Numbered from the stretch's first letter, positions 40,628-51,585 are shown. The stretch: 64,000 nucleotides of DNA from Candidatus Hodarchaeota archaeon (GCA_048887225.1 JBHLJY010000008.1:32001-96000), one strand, 5' to 3'. Numbers and translations: made by a program. The notes: a model not told the origin generated them from the sequence alone.

Positions 40628-41440
40628 TTATTCTTTAATTAAATTATACTTTTTCCCATATTTTTTGAAGTGTTTTGTTCCGCCTCCCTCTTGGAGCACT
40701 TTAAAAGTAGATTCATAATCTAAAATTTTCATTCCTCCTACAATATCTACACCATTGTCGAATAATATATCAGGTATCATACTTGCTGAAGGACCAATTA
40801 CTACGATTTTTTGAGCATATCGGTTAAATAATGCTAAAATCTCTTCCATGGTATCATTTATTAAAGCAGTACCAGTACAAAACAGAATATCTGTTGACAT
40901 TTCCTCTTTATTCAATTTATTTATATTGGTTTTAATGGAAAATTTATCTAAAGAAAGTGAAACTGAGGGATTATTCTCAATAATAATAATTGATTTTGTT
41001 TTTTTGCTAACGTTCTGAATTAAAGGTGTTATTTGCCCAATAAAAATTATTTTCGTATCTTTATCGATTTTCAAGTATCTGACTAAATCTACCTTAATTT
41101 TCTTGTACGGATTTATAATTTCTAAAATATGTTGAGAAAGGGCGTTTAATGTAGCGACACCAATTATTTTTTCTAAACTTGGTGTTTTATAAGCCCATTT
41201 TAATAGTTTTAAAGGTGATTTTTCTGTTAATTTGCCAGCGAAATTAATTTTGCTACAATCCATTTTTCCAATTACGCTTGGCAAAGTATATGCCAATCCT
41301 AAAAAAGGATTGTACGCATAGGCGTGAAGTTCCACACCAGTATAACCTAACCCTATGACTATTCTCGCCACTTTCGGAGGTATTATCTTTCGATACTGAT
41401 ATATTTGTATGATAAGCTCTACTGTTTTTTCTAATATCAT
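40628..41440 (-). CDS. DUF364 (Rossmann-like) protein
   Basis: IGLGYTGV, ATLNALS, TGTALINDT, IGPSAS, GVDIVGG. Confidence 0.8.
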   Translation of the reverse strand: MILEKTVELIIQIYQYRKIIPPKVARIVIGLGYTGVELHAYAYNPFLGLAYTLPSVIGKMDCSKINFAGKLTEKSPLKLLKWAYKTPSLEKIIGVATLNALSQHILEIINPYKKIKVDLVRYLKIDKDTKIIFIGQITPLIQNVSKKTKSIIIIENNPSVSLSLDKFSIKTNINKLNKEEMSTDILFCTGTALINDTMEEILALFNRYAQKIVVIGPSASMIPDILFDNGVDIVGGMKILDYESTFKVLQEGGGTKHFKKYGKKYNLIKE

Positions 41441-41466
41441 AATTTTATAAGATCAATTACTTACAA

Positions 41467-42450
41467 TTATTTGGATTCAACAATTTTCTTCATAGAATTA
41501 ATAAAAAAATCATTATCTTCTATGGAACCGATTGTTACTCTAATAAATTCTGGACTTAACGAATAATTGTTTGATACATTAGAGACATAAATCCCTTGCT
41601 CTGCTAGTTTCTGGGCAATATCATATATTCCAGTTTTCATTAAAAGAAAATTAGTATAACTATCATAAACAGATATTTCCATGTTAGAAACTATTTTCGA
41701 AATCCTTTCTTTTTCTTGGTCTATTTCTTCAATATATTTTTTCATATAATCTAAATTCCTTAAGGCATGAATTGCTGCAATTACGCTAGGAGATGGAAGC
41801 ATTATGTCGAGACCTTGGAATTTTTCTTGAACTAGTTCTCCAGCAATTAAATAACCTATTCCTGATCCAGCCAAACCAAAGGATTTACTTAAAGTCCTTG
41901 AAACAGCTAAATTTGGATAATCCTCTATCCAAGGAGCGTAAGTTATTTTTGAAAACTCAAAATAAGCCTCGTCTATTAATAAAATCACATTTTCATTTTC
42001 TAACATCGTTTTAACATCTGTTTGAGTTAAAAGCAAACTTCCCGTAGGATTATTTGGATTATCAAATACGAGTAAGGTTGGTTTATTAATCTCATGAATG
42101 AACGATTCTATCGAGAGGTTAAATTCTGGTTCTCTTAATCTAATTTTTATAAGTGGAGAGGATGTTTTCTGCGCTGCATTATTAATTAAAAAGAATGAGG
42201 GGTCAGCTATGATAATCTGCCTCTTCCTTGAAAAAAGGAAGATAAATTCCTTAATTAAAATATCTGAACCTGAACTTAAAGATATTGAATTTGCAGACAC
42301 TTTTGAATAATCTGATATTAATTGAACTAATTTATTGACTTCAATTTGGGGCGTGTAACGGTTTATATTTTCAATATTAAGTTTTACGGCCTCAATAATC
42401 TCCTTTGGGGGAGGAAAAGGCATTTCATTTTGATCTAATCTAATTTTCAT
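41467..42450 (-). CDS. hisC: Histidinol-phosphate aminotransferase-like PLP enzyme
   Basis: IRLDQNE, NPNNPTG, IDEAYFEF, RTLSKSFGLAG, IRVTIG; ATG 42450 preferred. Confidence 0.8.
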   Translation of the reverse strand: MKIRLDQNEMPFPPPKEIIEAVKLNIENINRYTPQIEVNKLVQLISDYSKVSANSISLSSGSDILIKEFIFLFSRKRQIIIADPSFFLINNAAQKTSSPLIKIRLREPEFNLSIESFIHEINKPTLLVFDNPNNPTGSLLLTQTDVKTMLENENVILLIDEAYFEFSKITYAPWIEDYPNLAVSRTLSKSFGLAGSGIGYLIAGELVQEKFQGLDIMLPSPSVIAAIHALRNLDYMKKYIEEIDQEKERISKIVSNMEISVYDSYTNFLLMKTGIYDIAQKLAEQGIYVSNVSNNYSLSPEFIRVTIGSIEDNDFFINSMKKIVESK

Positions 42451-42562
42451 AAAATCAACTCCAATATATAAAAGCAATATATTATATTTTATTTAGTATC
42501 TTTCAGAGTATATTTTTAAATTTAATTAATGAATTTAAAATAGTTAGAGAAAATTAAGAGTT

Positions 42563-43492
42563 ATGATAAGTTTAGACAAAATTTTGAAGGATGGTAAGCT
42601 TCATATCTTTCTATTGGGTTCTGGGGGTCCAATAAACAATAAGGTAAGAGTCGCTTCAAGTATCGCTGTTATTGCTGGCGGGGAATTCATTCTTGTTGAT
42701 GTTGGACCAGGTACATATCGGAATGTTGACATTCTGAGGCTTCCAGCATCGCATTTAAGTGCAATTTTTCTAACTCACTTTCATTCAGATCATATCGGAG
42801 ATCTGGGAGAGGCGAATATGATGTCTTGGGTAATGGGAAGGACAAAAGCATTGGAAGTATATGGTCCTGAGGGAGTAGACAAAGTTGTTAATGGATTTAA
42901 AATGGCCTATGAACTTGATACAGGTTATCGAATTGCCCATCATGGAAAAGAGATTGTTCTACCAGAAGCTGGTACACCAATAAGCAAAATTATTTCAATT
43001 AAAGATCCTAATGAGAGAGAATTATTTTTCGATAGGAATGGATTAAAAGCTTATGCCTTTGTGGTGGACCATCGTCCTGCGAAACCTGCTGTAGGTTATA
43101 GAATTGAATATAAAGGAAATATTATTGTTATTACAGGTGACACTATAAAGACTAATAATCTTGTTAAACATAGCCATAAAGCAGATATTCTCTTCAGTGA
43201 GGCTATTTCTTTCGCAATATTAGATAATTTAATTGCTGGAGCTAAAAAATTTAATTTTCCCAGATATTCTAAAATTCTAACAGACATCCAAGATTACCAC
43301 ATGAACCCTACGGCTGCAGCCAAGTTAGCTAAAGAGGCTGAAGTAAAAAAACTTGTTTTTATACATATAACCCCTCCATTGATTAATAATATAGTTGAAA
43401 AAACGTTTTTGAAAGGCGTCAGTGATATTTTTAATGGAGATATTGTTTTAGGTAAAGATTGCATGAAGTTTAAGCTTGAACCAAAAAATTAA
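42563..43492 (+). CDS. RNase Z/arylsulfatase-like MBL-fold hydrolase
   Basis: LLGSGGP, THFHSDHIGD, TGDT, DYH, LVFIH. Confidence 0.82.
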   Translation: MISLDKILKDGKLHIFLLGSGGPINNKVRVASSIAVIAGGEFILVDVGPGTYRNVDILRLPASHLSAIFLTHFHSDHIGDLGEANMMSWVMGRTKALEVYGPEGVDKVVNGFKMAYELDTGYRIAHHGKEIVLPEAGTPISKIISIKDPNERELFFDRNGLKAYAFVVDHRPAKPAVGYRIEYKGNIIVITGDTIKTNNLVKHSHKADILFSEAISFAILDNLIAGAKKFNFPRYSKILTDIQDYHMNPTAAAKLAKEAEVKKLVFIHITPPLINNIVEKTFLKGVSDIFNGDIVLGKDCMKFKLEPKN

Positions 43493-43568
43493 AGAACATT
43501 AAAAAATCAACTACTTTAAATAAAAAGAAGATGGATTTTAAAATTATTTGAAATGGCTTAGAATTTAG

Positions 43569-44684
43569 TTAGTTTACTTCAAGAAATAAAAATTCATTAT
43601 ACCCAGTAATTACTTTAACATAACCCTTTAACAAGTTATCAATTTCAATATCGCCAGTATCAACTCTAAGGCAATTTAACCCTTTCATTTTGTCCTCTGT
43701 AGCTATAACTTTTATATTCTCCTCTCTAACTTTTTTAATTACTTTTGGAGTAAATTGTTTATTTCCTCTACCAAAAATAAAACCTTGGCCCCCAATAGGG
43801 GACACAATTATTTCTGTGTTAGGGTATTTATTTAATAATTCTAAAATCCCATTTTCATTAATATCTTTCCCGACAAGATGATTATTGAAAATTGCATCTA
43901 TACCGAGTAATGCTTTAGAGACATTAAGTTCATCTGAAATTGATTTAACAGTAGTTCCAGGCCCTAACAAATATAACCTATCCTTTTTCATATTTTCAAT
44001 TATAAATTTGGCGATATCGGTTTTATTCTCCTCCACTGATTTACCTGTTTTCGAACTCTGTTTGCCAGATTGTAATAAATTTTGGACTTTAGGAACTTTT
44101 AAAAAACCGTATAATTTTGAGTCTAGGATTCCATTTCTAAAAGAATCTTCGTTAATGTCAAGAACTTCTTTTTCTAAAGTGTCTGTTCCATTTATAAAAG
44201 CATCCAGCATCTCTGCAGCTGACCTTGGATTAATAGCAAACACAGAGCTAAACATTTTTACACCTGAGGGGATTGCGATAACAGGAATTTTTAATTCAAT
44301 CGCATCAAAAATGTCTCTGGCTGTTCCATCACCTCCACAGAATATTAACAATTCAATATTCTCTTCTAACATTTTTTTAGCAATTCTCTTAGTATCGGCT
44401 GCTGAAGTTTCATCTCCAATTTTTCCAATAACTTCAAATTTAAGCCCTTGATCTTTTACAATGTCTACACCCATTCTACCAGGTGCCACAAATAACCATA
44501 AATTTTCCTTATTCTTTATGTGATTTATTAATGTAATTGTTCTTTGGGGAGTTATTGGCTTCGCACCCATTTGTAATGCCTTTTTATATATGTGTCCATC
44601 AGTTCCTTTAAGTCCAACACTACCTCCCATACCAGCAATAGGATTAATAATTAGTCCAATTTTTTTCCTATTCTTATTGCTAAT
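43569..44684 (-). CDS. ATP-NAD kinase family protein
   Basis: Frame extends upstream of ATG 44630 as KIGLIINPIAG-MGGSVGLKGTDG; GGDGTARD, GQGFIFGRGN; proposed ATT start at 44684. Confidence 0.8.
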   Translation of the reverse strand: MSNKNRKKIGLIINPIAGMGGSVGLKGTDGHIYKKALQMGAKPITPQRTITLINHIKNKENLWLFVAPGRMGVDIVKDQGLKFEVIGKIGDETSAADTKRIAKKMLEENIELLIFCGGDGTARDIFDAIELKIPVIAIPSGVKMFSSVFAINPRSAAEMLDAFINGTDTLEKEVLDINEDSFRNGILDSKLYGFLKVPKVQNLLQSGKQSSKTGKSVEENKTDIAKFIIENMKKDRLYLLGPGTTVKSISDELNVSKALLGIDAIFNNHLVGKDINENGILELLNKYPNTEIIVSPIGGQGFIFGRGNKQFTPKVIKKVREENIKVIATEDKMKGLNCLRVDTGDIEIDNLLKGYVKVITGYNEFLFLEVN

Positions 44685-45286
44685 TTCAATTAACTCTTCT
44701 TTTTTTTACCTTATAATTTAAATAATCTTTAAACTAAAATATATTTATTCGTTAATTTTAAAGATTTCTCCAAGTTTTTTACAATTTTTTCAAGTTCAAG
44801 AAGTAAATTATTGTAGGTTTTTAAAAAAAATTTACCCTATTTGTTTAATTTTATCTCCATCTGGTAAATGTAGCAAATTGTAATAAGCTTGGAATTAATG
44901 TTGTTCTACAAATTCAACAATTTTATTGGTGTATTTTCCGATTGCATTTTCATTAAAAAATCTCTGCTTTCGAGATTCCGGTTATTATCTAGCGCTTTAA
45001 AAACGTTTTATCACAATATATTTTTCTTTTTACATAATTCGATTGAAGATGCTGATTCTTTAACTAAAATATTGTTAGATAACATAACTTAATTTATATT
45101 TAATTAGAAAGAGAAATTGTTAAATATGTGAATTTTGATAAAAGAATTATAATGATCTTTACTATGATAATATCTAATTAATCATGCAATTTTAATAATA
45201 AAGTTTAAAAAAGAGAGAACAAAATTGGTTTCGTTGCTTTTAGAGTAAGGATCAAAATAGTAAGAAGAATTTAAATAAAATTTATT

Positions 45287-47956
45287 GTGAAATTTGAAAT
45301 GAAAAAAAACACCATAATAAGAATATTTTTAGCATTTCTACTACTCTTTTCAGTTATTTTCTTCATATCACCACTTATTCTAAAAAATTCTGATCAAAAT
45401 TTTACTATTCAGGATGACTCATATATAGCAGATGATTCGTACAAAACCAACTTAAAGACCTCGAGTTCGAGTTGGATCAATGCCACAGTTGTTTCTGACG
45501 GTTTCGCTGGGAGTTATTGGAATAACGAAACTAGCACTTTTCCCGATATTGCCATGGACAGCAAGGATATCGTTCATATGGTCTGGCAGGATGACACGGA
45601 TGGAGTATGGGGTAGTGACATCGAAATAATGTACGCAAATTACTCGGCTGCAACAGGTCAATTGTCCAACGCCACGGTAATTTCTGATGGTTTCGCTGGA
45701 AGTTATTGGAACAATGATACTAGTAAAGTACCCAAAATTGCTGTGGATAGTTCGGACAACCTTCATGTGATCTGGGAAGATGATACGGATGGAGTGTGGG
45801 GTAATGACTGGGAAATAATGTATGCAAATTACACAGCTGCAACAGGTCAATGGTCCAACGCCACGGTAATTTCCGATGGTTTCGAGGGGAGTTATTGGAA
45901 TAACGATAGTAGCGCTTCTGTTCCTTTTGGAGTTGGCGCCGATATTGCCGTGGATAGCAAGGATATCGTTCATGTGGTCTGGAATGATGACACGGATGGA
46001 GTATGGGGTAATGACTGGGAAATAATGTACGTAAATTACTCGGCATCTCAAGGGTGGTCAAACGCCACGGTGATCTCCGATGGTTTCGAGGGGAGTTATT
46101 GGAACACTGGTTTGAGTGGGAATCCTAGTATTGCTGTGGATGGTTCGGACAACCTTCATGTGGTCTGGGATGATACCACGGATGGAGTATGGAGGGCGGA
46201 TGATAAAGACGCCGATATATGGTACGTAAATTACACAGCTGCAACAGGTCAATGGTCCAACGCCACGTTAATTTCCGATGGTTTCGGTGGGAGTTATTGG
46301 AACACTGGTAATAGCATTTGGGCTGAGATTGTCGTAGACAGCATGGACAATATTTATGTAGTCTGGGCTGATGGGACGGATGGTCCATGGAGGTCTGTAC
46401 TTTTTGACTCCGAAATATGGTGCGTGAATTATTCGGCTGCAACAGGTCAATGGTCCAATGCTACGTTAATTTCCGATGGTCACGCTGGGATTTATTGGAA
46501 CACTTTTATAAGCTGGTACTCTGAGATTGCCGTAGACAGCATGGACAACATTTATGTAGTTTGGGCTGATGCATCACCAGAAGTATGGGGTAATGATGGT
46601 GATATATTGTGCGTGAATTATTCGGCTGCAACAGGTCAATGGTCTAACGTCACGGTAATTTCCGATGGTTTCGCTGGGAGTTATTGGAACGATGGTACAA
46701 GCTGGTACCCCGCGATTACAATAGATAGCAGGGATAATATTCACGTGATCTGGGAGGATGGTACGGATGGTGTATGGGGTACTGATATAGAAATAATGTA
46801 TGTGATGGCGGATTTAACAGCTCCGAATGTTACAATTGGAACGCCATTGAGCGGTAGTTCATTTACGAATACCATGGACATCGACATCAATGCCACTATT
46901 ACCGACCTTGAAACTTCCGTTTTAAGTGCTAAAGCCCTAATTAACGCTTCTACACCCTTGGAAATACCAATGGAATTTATTGCAAATAATTGGACATGCA
47001 CATGGGATAATGTCAGCCTTTATGAAGCTGGTGATTACAATATTACCATCTGGGCAATAGATGAACAAGGAAATGTTAACCAATCTGTATTTGTAATTAT
47101 AACGATAACGGATATAATAGCTCCAAGCGTAACAATTGGAACGCCGTTGGACGGAAGTTCGTTTGAACCACCAACAGATACGAGTGTAGAAATAAATGCC
47201 ACGATAACAGATTTAGGAAGCTCAGTTTCAAGTGCAAAGGCAATGATAAACGGTTCGGCAACTTCCAATCCTTTCAATTTAACTATGGAATTTATTGCAA
47301 GCAATTGGACCTGCGGCTGGAACAATATTAGCCTTTCAGATTACGCTCATGGGGATTATAAAATCACAATTTGGGCTACTGATGATAAAGGAAATGTAAA
47401 TCAAACTGTATTTGTTGTTATTAAACTAATAAAGGATTTAGATCCACCTTTAATTAATTTCTTAAGCCCTCTAAATGAATCGACAGTCACAGGTCCTTTT
47501 AACATAACCGTAGAAATTATTGATGCGAGTCAACCAGCCGCTGTCAATGTGATAGCTACAATTTATAACGATACTATAACTCCCTTCAATTTGACGATGG
47601 TTCGAATTGGTGCTACAAACCAATGGACCGTAATGTGGGAAAATCTTACTTCTGCCTATAACTTTGGAGAGTATTATATTAATATTACTGCGATTGATGG
47701 TTCTTATTATCAAAACAGGAATTCGACTGGCTATTTGAATATTACTTATATAGCTTCAGATCAACCTCTTGGAGATGATGACGATGATGACGATGATGAT
47801 GACGAAGAATTTAATTTATTAACACCAACAAATTTAATGATATTAGGTATTATTGTAGGAGTAACTCTTGGCATTATACTGATAATTAGGAAAAGGAAAG
47901 GCTATAAGAGTTCTGATAAGAAAATAAGAGAAATTCAAGAATTAATTGAAAAATAA
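45287..47956 (+). CDS. Surface protein: 7-repeat beta-propeller, three Ig-like domains, poly-Asp linker, TM anchor
   Basis: Seven ~63-aa repeats WSNATxISDGFxGSYWN...IAVDS.D..HVVW; DxxAP/DxDPP-initiated Ig-like domains; DDDDDDDDDD, TM, RKRK. Confidence 0.85.
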   Translation: MKFEMKKNTIIRIFLAFLLLFSVIFFISPLILKNSDQNFTIQDDSYIADDSYKTNLKTSSSSWINATVVSDGFAGSYWNNETSTFPDIAMDSKDIVHMVWQDDTDGVWGSDIEIMYANYSAATGQLSNATVISDGFAGSYWNNDTSKVPKIAVDSSDNLHVIWEDDTDGVWGNDWEIMYANYTAATGQWSNATVISDGFEGSYWNNDSSASVPFGVGADIAVDSKDIVHVVWNDDTDGVWGNDWEIMYVNYSASQGWSNATVISDGFEGSYWNTGLSGNPSIAVDGSDNLHVVWDDTTDGVWRADDKDADIWYVNYTAATGQWSNATLISDGFGGSYWNTGNSIWAEIVVDSMDNIYVVWADGTDGPWRSVLFDSEIWCVNYSAATGQWSNATLISDGHAGIYWNTFISWYSEIAVDSMDNIYVVWADASPEVWGNDGDILCVNYSAATGQWSNVTVISDGFAGSYWNDGTSWYPAITIDSRDNIHVIWEDGTDGVWGTDIEIMYVMADLTAPNVTIGTPLSGSSFTNTMDIDINATITDLETSVLSAKALINASTPLEIPMEFIANNWTCTWDNVSLYEAGDYNITIWAIDEQGNVNQSVFVIITITDIIAPSVTIGTPLDGSSFEPPTDTSVEINATITDLGSSVSSAKAMINGSATSNPFNLTMEFIASNWTCGWNNISLSDYAHGDYKITIWATDDKGNVNQTVFVVIKLIKDLDPPLINFLSPLNESTVTGPFNITVEIIDASQPAAVNVIATIYNDTITPFNLTMVRIGATNQWTVMWENLTSAYNFGEYYINITAIDGSYYQNRNSTGYLNITYIASDQPLGDDDDDDDDDDEEFNLLTPTNLMILGIIVGVTLGIILIIRKRKGYKSSDKKIREIQELIEK
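45473..46804 (+). repeat. Seven intragenic tandem repeats of about 190-200 nt
   Basis: Recurrent gcaacaggtcaatggtccaacgccacg..tccgatggtttcg..gggagttattggaa. Confidence 0.92.
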
Positions 47957-48182
47957 TAATTATATTTCATTTTTTTTTAATTTTAATACCTTAACTGTTA
48001 TTTTATCAAATAAAATTGATTAAATATATATCTCTATTTATTTTTTTATTTTTTTAATATTTAAATCTTTAATTTGTTATATATTATCATAAGAAAAAAG
48101 CCTAGACACTAAAGGTTATTAAAAAAAAAAAATTTAAAATTGTGTGATATTTTCAATCTAATTAAAGACCATATTTTAAAAA

Positions 48183-48563
48183 ATGTATGAAATAATAATA
48201 GAAAATGAGACGATAGGTCAAATAAAAGCGAAACTGCTTCTTGAGAAAAATCCTCAAACATGTCAAGCAATATGGGAAAGTCTCCCAATAGAATTAAATT
48301 TAGCTCGATGGGGTGAAGAGTTATACGGAGCAATTCCTGTTAAAATTGACGCAGAAAATTCGCAAACAGAATGTGAAATTGGAGATATAGGTTATTGGCC
48401 AGATGGAAATGGTTTTTGTATATTTTTTGGAAAAACTCCAGCAAGTAAAGGCGATAAACCCGTAGCCGCAACTCCTGTTAATATATTTGCTAGAATTGAA
48501 GGTGATCCAAGTGTTTTTAAGCAATTTTCTTCCTTCAAAGGATATGTGAAAAAAGGGGATTAG
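48183..48563 (+). CDS. Cyclophilin-like (DUF369/TM1367-type) protein
   Basis: NPQTCQAIWESLP, RWGEELY, GDIGYWPDGNGFCIFFGKTP. Confidence 0.85.
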   Translation: MYEIIIENETIGQIKAKLLLEKNPQTCQAIWESLPIELNLARWGEELYGAIPVKIDAENSQTECEIGDIGYWPDGNGFCIFFGKTPASKGDKPVAATPVNIFARIEGDPSVFKQFSSFKGYVKKGD

Positions 48564-48582
48564 AAAAACTTTTTTCTAATGT

Positions 48583-48978
48583 TTAAAGGTTGAACCAAGC
48601 ATAAATAATAAAGATTGGCCCGAATATCAACATTAACAGAATTATAATAATGCCGATATATGTACCCAGTTCTTTTTTTTTAAATACTCCATTTTGGATA
48701 TCAAAAGCTAAATCAATTAACCCTAAAAACATCATACCACTTCCCGCTAGAGCTGAAAAGAAATAACCGAATTTTTGTTCCATGAGGATGCCAATCGCAG
48801 ATATAAACAAACATGGCATAATCCATCCTAAATCTGGTAAAGGAAATGATTTCTCGTGCTTAAAAGCTAGTTCATCCATTTTAGGATTTTTATATTCTGT
48901 AAAATAAAACACGATCCAAAAACCAATAAAACCGAATCCTAATAAGATTTGAAAAATTGCTATGATTAAATCTATCAT
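48583..48978 (-). CDS. Small 4-TM membrane protein
   Basis: Four hydrophobic segments, HEKSFPLPD loop. Confidence 0.65.
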   Translation of the reverse strand: MIDLIIAIFQILLGFGFIGFWIVFYFTEYKNPKMDELAFKHEKSFPLPDLGWIMPCLFISAIGILMEQKFGYFFSALAGSGMMFLGLIDLAFDIQNGVFKKKELGTYIGIIIILLMLIFGPIFIIYAWFNL

Positions 48979-49064
48979 TTTTTCCGACTCATATATAGAT
49001 TAAAATTTTTTTTTAATTAATGTAGGATTTAAACTAATATATAAATATAAAAAAAAAATAATAA

Positions 49065-50372
49065 CTATTCCAATTCTATTTGAAGATAATCGGCTTCAAG
49101 ATGCAACATCTCTTCTAGAATTATTTCTGCTTGAGATGCGCTGTCGACTACTGGATCTGCGAGGAGCGCCTGCAAAGCGACATCTTTAGACTTTGTAAGA
49201 ATTGCTTCTACAACTAGATCTTGAACAGAGGCTTGAGTTCTTAAGAGAGCAGCAAGACCTTTTGGATAATCACCTAGTTTTTCAGCATGGAGCCCATCTT
49301 TATTTATTATCGCTGGGCACTCTACAACGAGATCTCGGGGAAGATTTGTAAATACATCATCATTCGGGAGATTAACAGATGGTTCCTCGTAATTTGCATC
49401 AGTTAATATTCCCTCCATTATTGGTATTGCACGTTCATCATCAGGTTTTACTAGTCGAGCACCTTTCCCTTTTTCAATGAATTTTTTAATTTTTTCAAAC
49501 ACAGCTGCACAATATTCAGCATATTGCTCCCAGAATCGACGTCCACCTTGTATATCTGCCACATTCCAAGCCCAATGAATATATTCCCCAAAATGATTAT
49601 CCGTAGTATATGGTAAATATCCATACTTTTTTAAAATATATTTAATTAGACTAACATCAAGTTTTTCTTTTAAAGATTCAAAAAATTTAGGTACTTTCCT
49701 ACGCACATCTGGATATGCATCCTTTCCCGTGTCTTTATATTTAATCGTTAATGCGACTCCAAAATGATTTAATCCTCCTGCTTTAATCTCAAGGTTAGAC
49801 AAGGGAGTTCCAAGGCTTCTAGTAATCATGAAATTATTATGGTGATACTCATGACAAAGTCCCACAAATTTAAGGGAAGGGAATTTTCGCTTTATTGCAA
49901 GGCAGATTCGACTCATGGGGTTCGAAAAATTGATAAATAAAGCCTTCGGACAGATTTTTTGAATATCTAAGCAGATATCAAGAATAGGAGGAACAACTCT
50001 AAGTGAATGAAAAAAACCTCCAGGTCCACCGTTTTCACCAGTGATTTGCTTATTTCCAAATTTTTGGGGAATTGTTAAATCCATATTTAAGAGTTCAAAT
50101 CTTGGAGGAATTTCTATCGAATTAATAATGAATGTAGCGTTCTTTAAAGCTTCTTGTCGATTTATCGTAGATTCTAAAATAAAATCTAATTTTTTTTCTT
50201 CTATTGCTGATTGACAGGCTTGATAAGCTAAATTTAATGTTTCAGCGTTTATATCGTGAAGGCAGATTGTAGAACCTTCTAGAATTTTACTTACCATAAT
50301 ACTACCTACGGAACCCAGCCCAAACTGTAGGGATCCCGCACCAATTAGCACAATTTTTTCTTTATTTGACAA
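49065..50372 (-). CDS. Glycoside hydrolase family 4 (NAD-dependent alpha-galactosidase/glucosidase)
   Basis: IGAGS, GENGGPGG, NFSNP, GLCH, GLNHF, VVECP, ALLADP. Confidence 0.9.
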   Translation of the reverse strand: MSNKEKIVLIGAGSLQFGLGSVGSIMVSKILEGSTICLHDINAETLNLAYQACQSAIEEKKLDFILESTINRQEALKNATFIINSIEIPPRFELLNMDLTIPQKFGNKQITGENGGPGGFFHSLRVVPPILDICLDIQKICPKALFINFSNPMSRICLAIKRKFPSLKFVGLCHEYHHNNFMITRSLGTPLSNLEIKAGGLNHFGVALTIKYKDTGKDAYPDVRRKVPKFFESLKEKLDVSLIKYILKKYGYLPYTTDNHFGEYIHWAWNVADIQGGRRFWEQYAEYCAAVFEKIKKFIEKGKGARLVKPDDERAIPIMEGILTDANYEEPSVNLPNDDVFTNLPRDLVVECPAIINKDGLHAEKLGDYPKGLAALLRTQASVQDLVVEAILTKSKDVALQALLADPVVDSASQAEIILEEMLHLEADYLQIELE

Positions 50373-50476
50373 ACTAATTAAACACCATCCTTAACGGTAT
50401 ATATAGCTTTTTATTTCTAATAAAAAAATTAAGTTTATTACACTTCAGATTTAAATTATAAAAAAAAGAAAAAAAA

Positions 50477-51298
50477 TTAATATTGGACTTCTTTTAATTT
50501 ATATGGTGGTACACCAACTTCTCCAATTCCTCCATCAATAGGAAAGCAATGCCCAGTAATATAGTTAGATGCCGGGGATGCCAAAAATAAAACGAGGTTC
50601 ACAACATCTTCAACAGTTCCAAGTCTAACTAAAGGAATTTGAACTTTTCCATCTCTCATTGTCGTTCTCATAGCCTCTTCATCGTTTAAATAAATACCTG
50701 TTACGTGAAAACCTGGAGCAATTGAATTTGCAGTTATTTTTGGCGCTAAAGACTTTGCTAATAATTGAGTAAGAGCAATCACCCCTACTTTAGTTATACT
50801 GTATGCGGGAATTGCAGGATCTACAATCATACCTGCCATGGAGGAAGTATTTATCATTTTTCCTGATAATTCCTCATTTTCAAATTTTTGAGCTTTCATT
50901 TTTCGCCATAAGGATTTAGCGACTAACCACTGTCCTTTAAGGTTTACAGCCATTATTCGATCCCAATTTTCTTCCTTTACTCTACATATAGTTCTTCCAT
51001 AAGCAACCCCTATGCCAGCATTGTTAAATAATATATACACATTGTGCAAATCTTTATATGCTTGCTTTGCCATTGCTTCTACTTGGTCGGATTTCGAAAC
51101 ATCACATACAATAGGAATTACTTTTTGTCCAGATGCTTGAGCTACCTTTTTAGCCGTTTCTTCTAAGAGTTCTTCATTAATATCTACTAAAACTAAGTCT
51201 GCCCCTCTCTCTGCAAAGGCATATGCTACACCTCTTCCAAATCCAGAGGCCCCACCAGTAATGACAGCTCCCTTTCCTTCTAAAAATTTCTCTACCAT
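50477..51298 (-). CDS. SDR family oxidoreductase
   Basis: TGGASGFG, NNAG, YSITK; start moved to ATG 51298 to match the paralog. Confidence 0.9.
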   Translation of the reverse strand: MVEKFLEGKGAVITGGASGFGRGVAYAFAERGADLVLVDINEELLEETAKKVAQASGQKVIPIVCDVSKSDQVEAMAKQAYKDLHNVYILFNNAGIGVAYGRTICRVKEENWDRIMAVNLKGQWLVAKSLWRKMKAQKFENEELSGKMINTSSMAGMIVDPAIPAYSITKVGVIALTQLLAKSLAPKITANSIAPGFHVTGIYLNDEEAMRTTMRDGKVQIPLVRLGTVEDVVNLVLFLASPASNYITGHCFPIDGGIGEVGVPPYKLKEVQY

Positions 51299-51585
51299 TC
51301 TTTTAATAGCACCCTTATTTTTTTTTGAATGTATTAAATTATATTTCACCTTTATATGCTTTAAAGGTTTTAATTTCTATCTCAAAATATTATGATTAAC
51401 TAGAACTCAGATTAAAAAGAAAAAGGAATAACGAATTAAATCTCAATTTCAAGTTTTTATTCAAAAATTTGGAGTAGTTAAGAAATTTTGATATATCTTT
51501 ATCTTTTGATTAAAAATTTTAATTTTTTCATAAGAAAATAATTATCTACTTCATATAAAAGAAAAAATATTAGATTTAAGTTGTT

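Noticed and set aside
45473-46804. CRISPR-like repeat/spacer pattern
   Set aside because: Repeats are ~190 nt, in frame and protein-coding; no cas genes
45452-47713. Several minus-strand ORFs (up to 199 aa) with repeated motifs
   Set aside because: Antisense shadows of the GC-richer repeat gene
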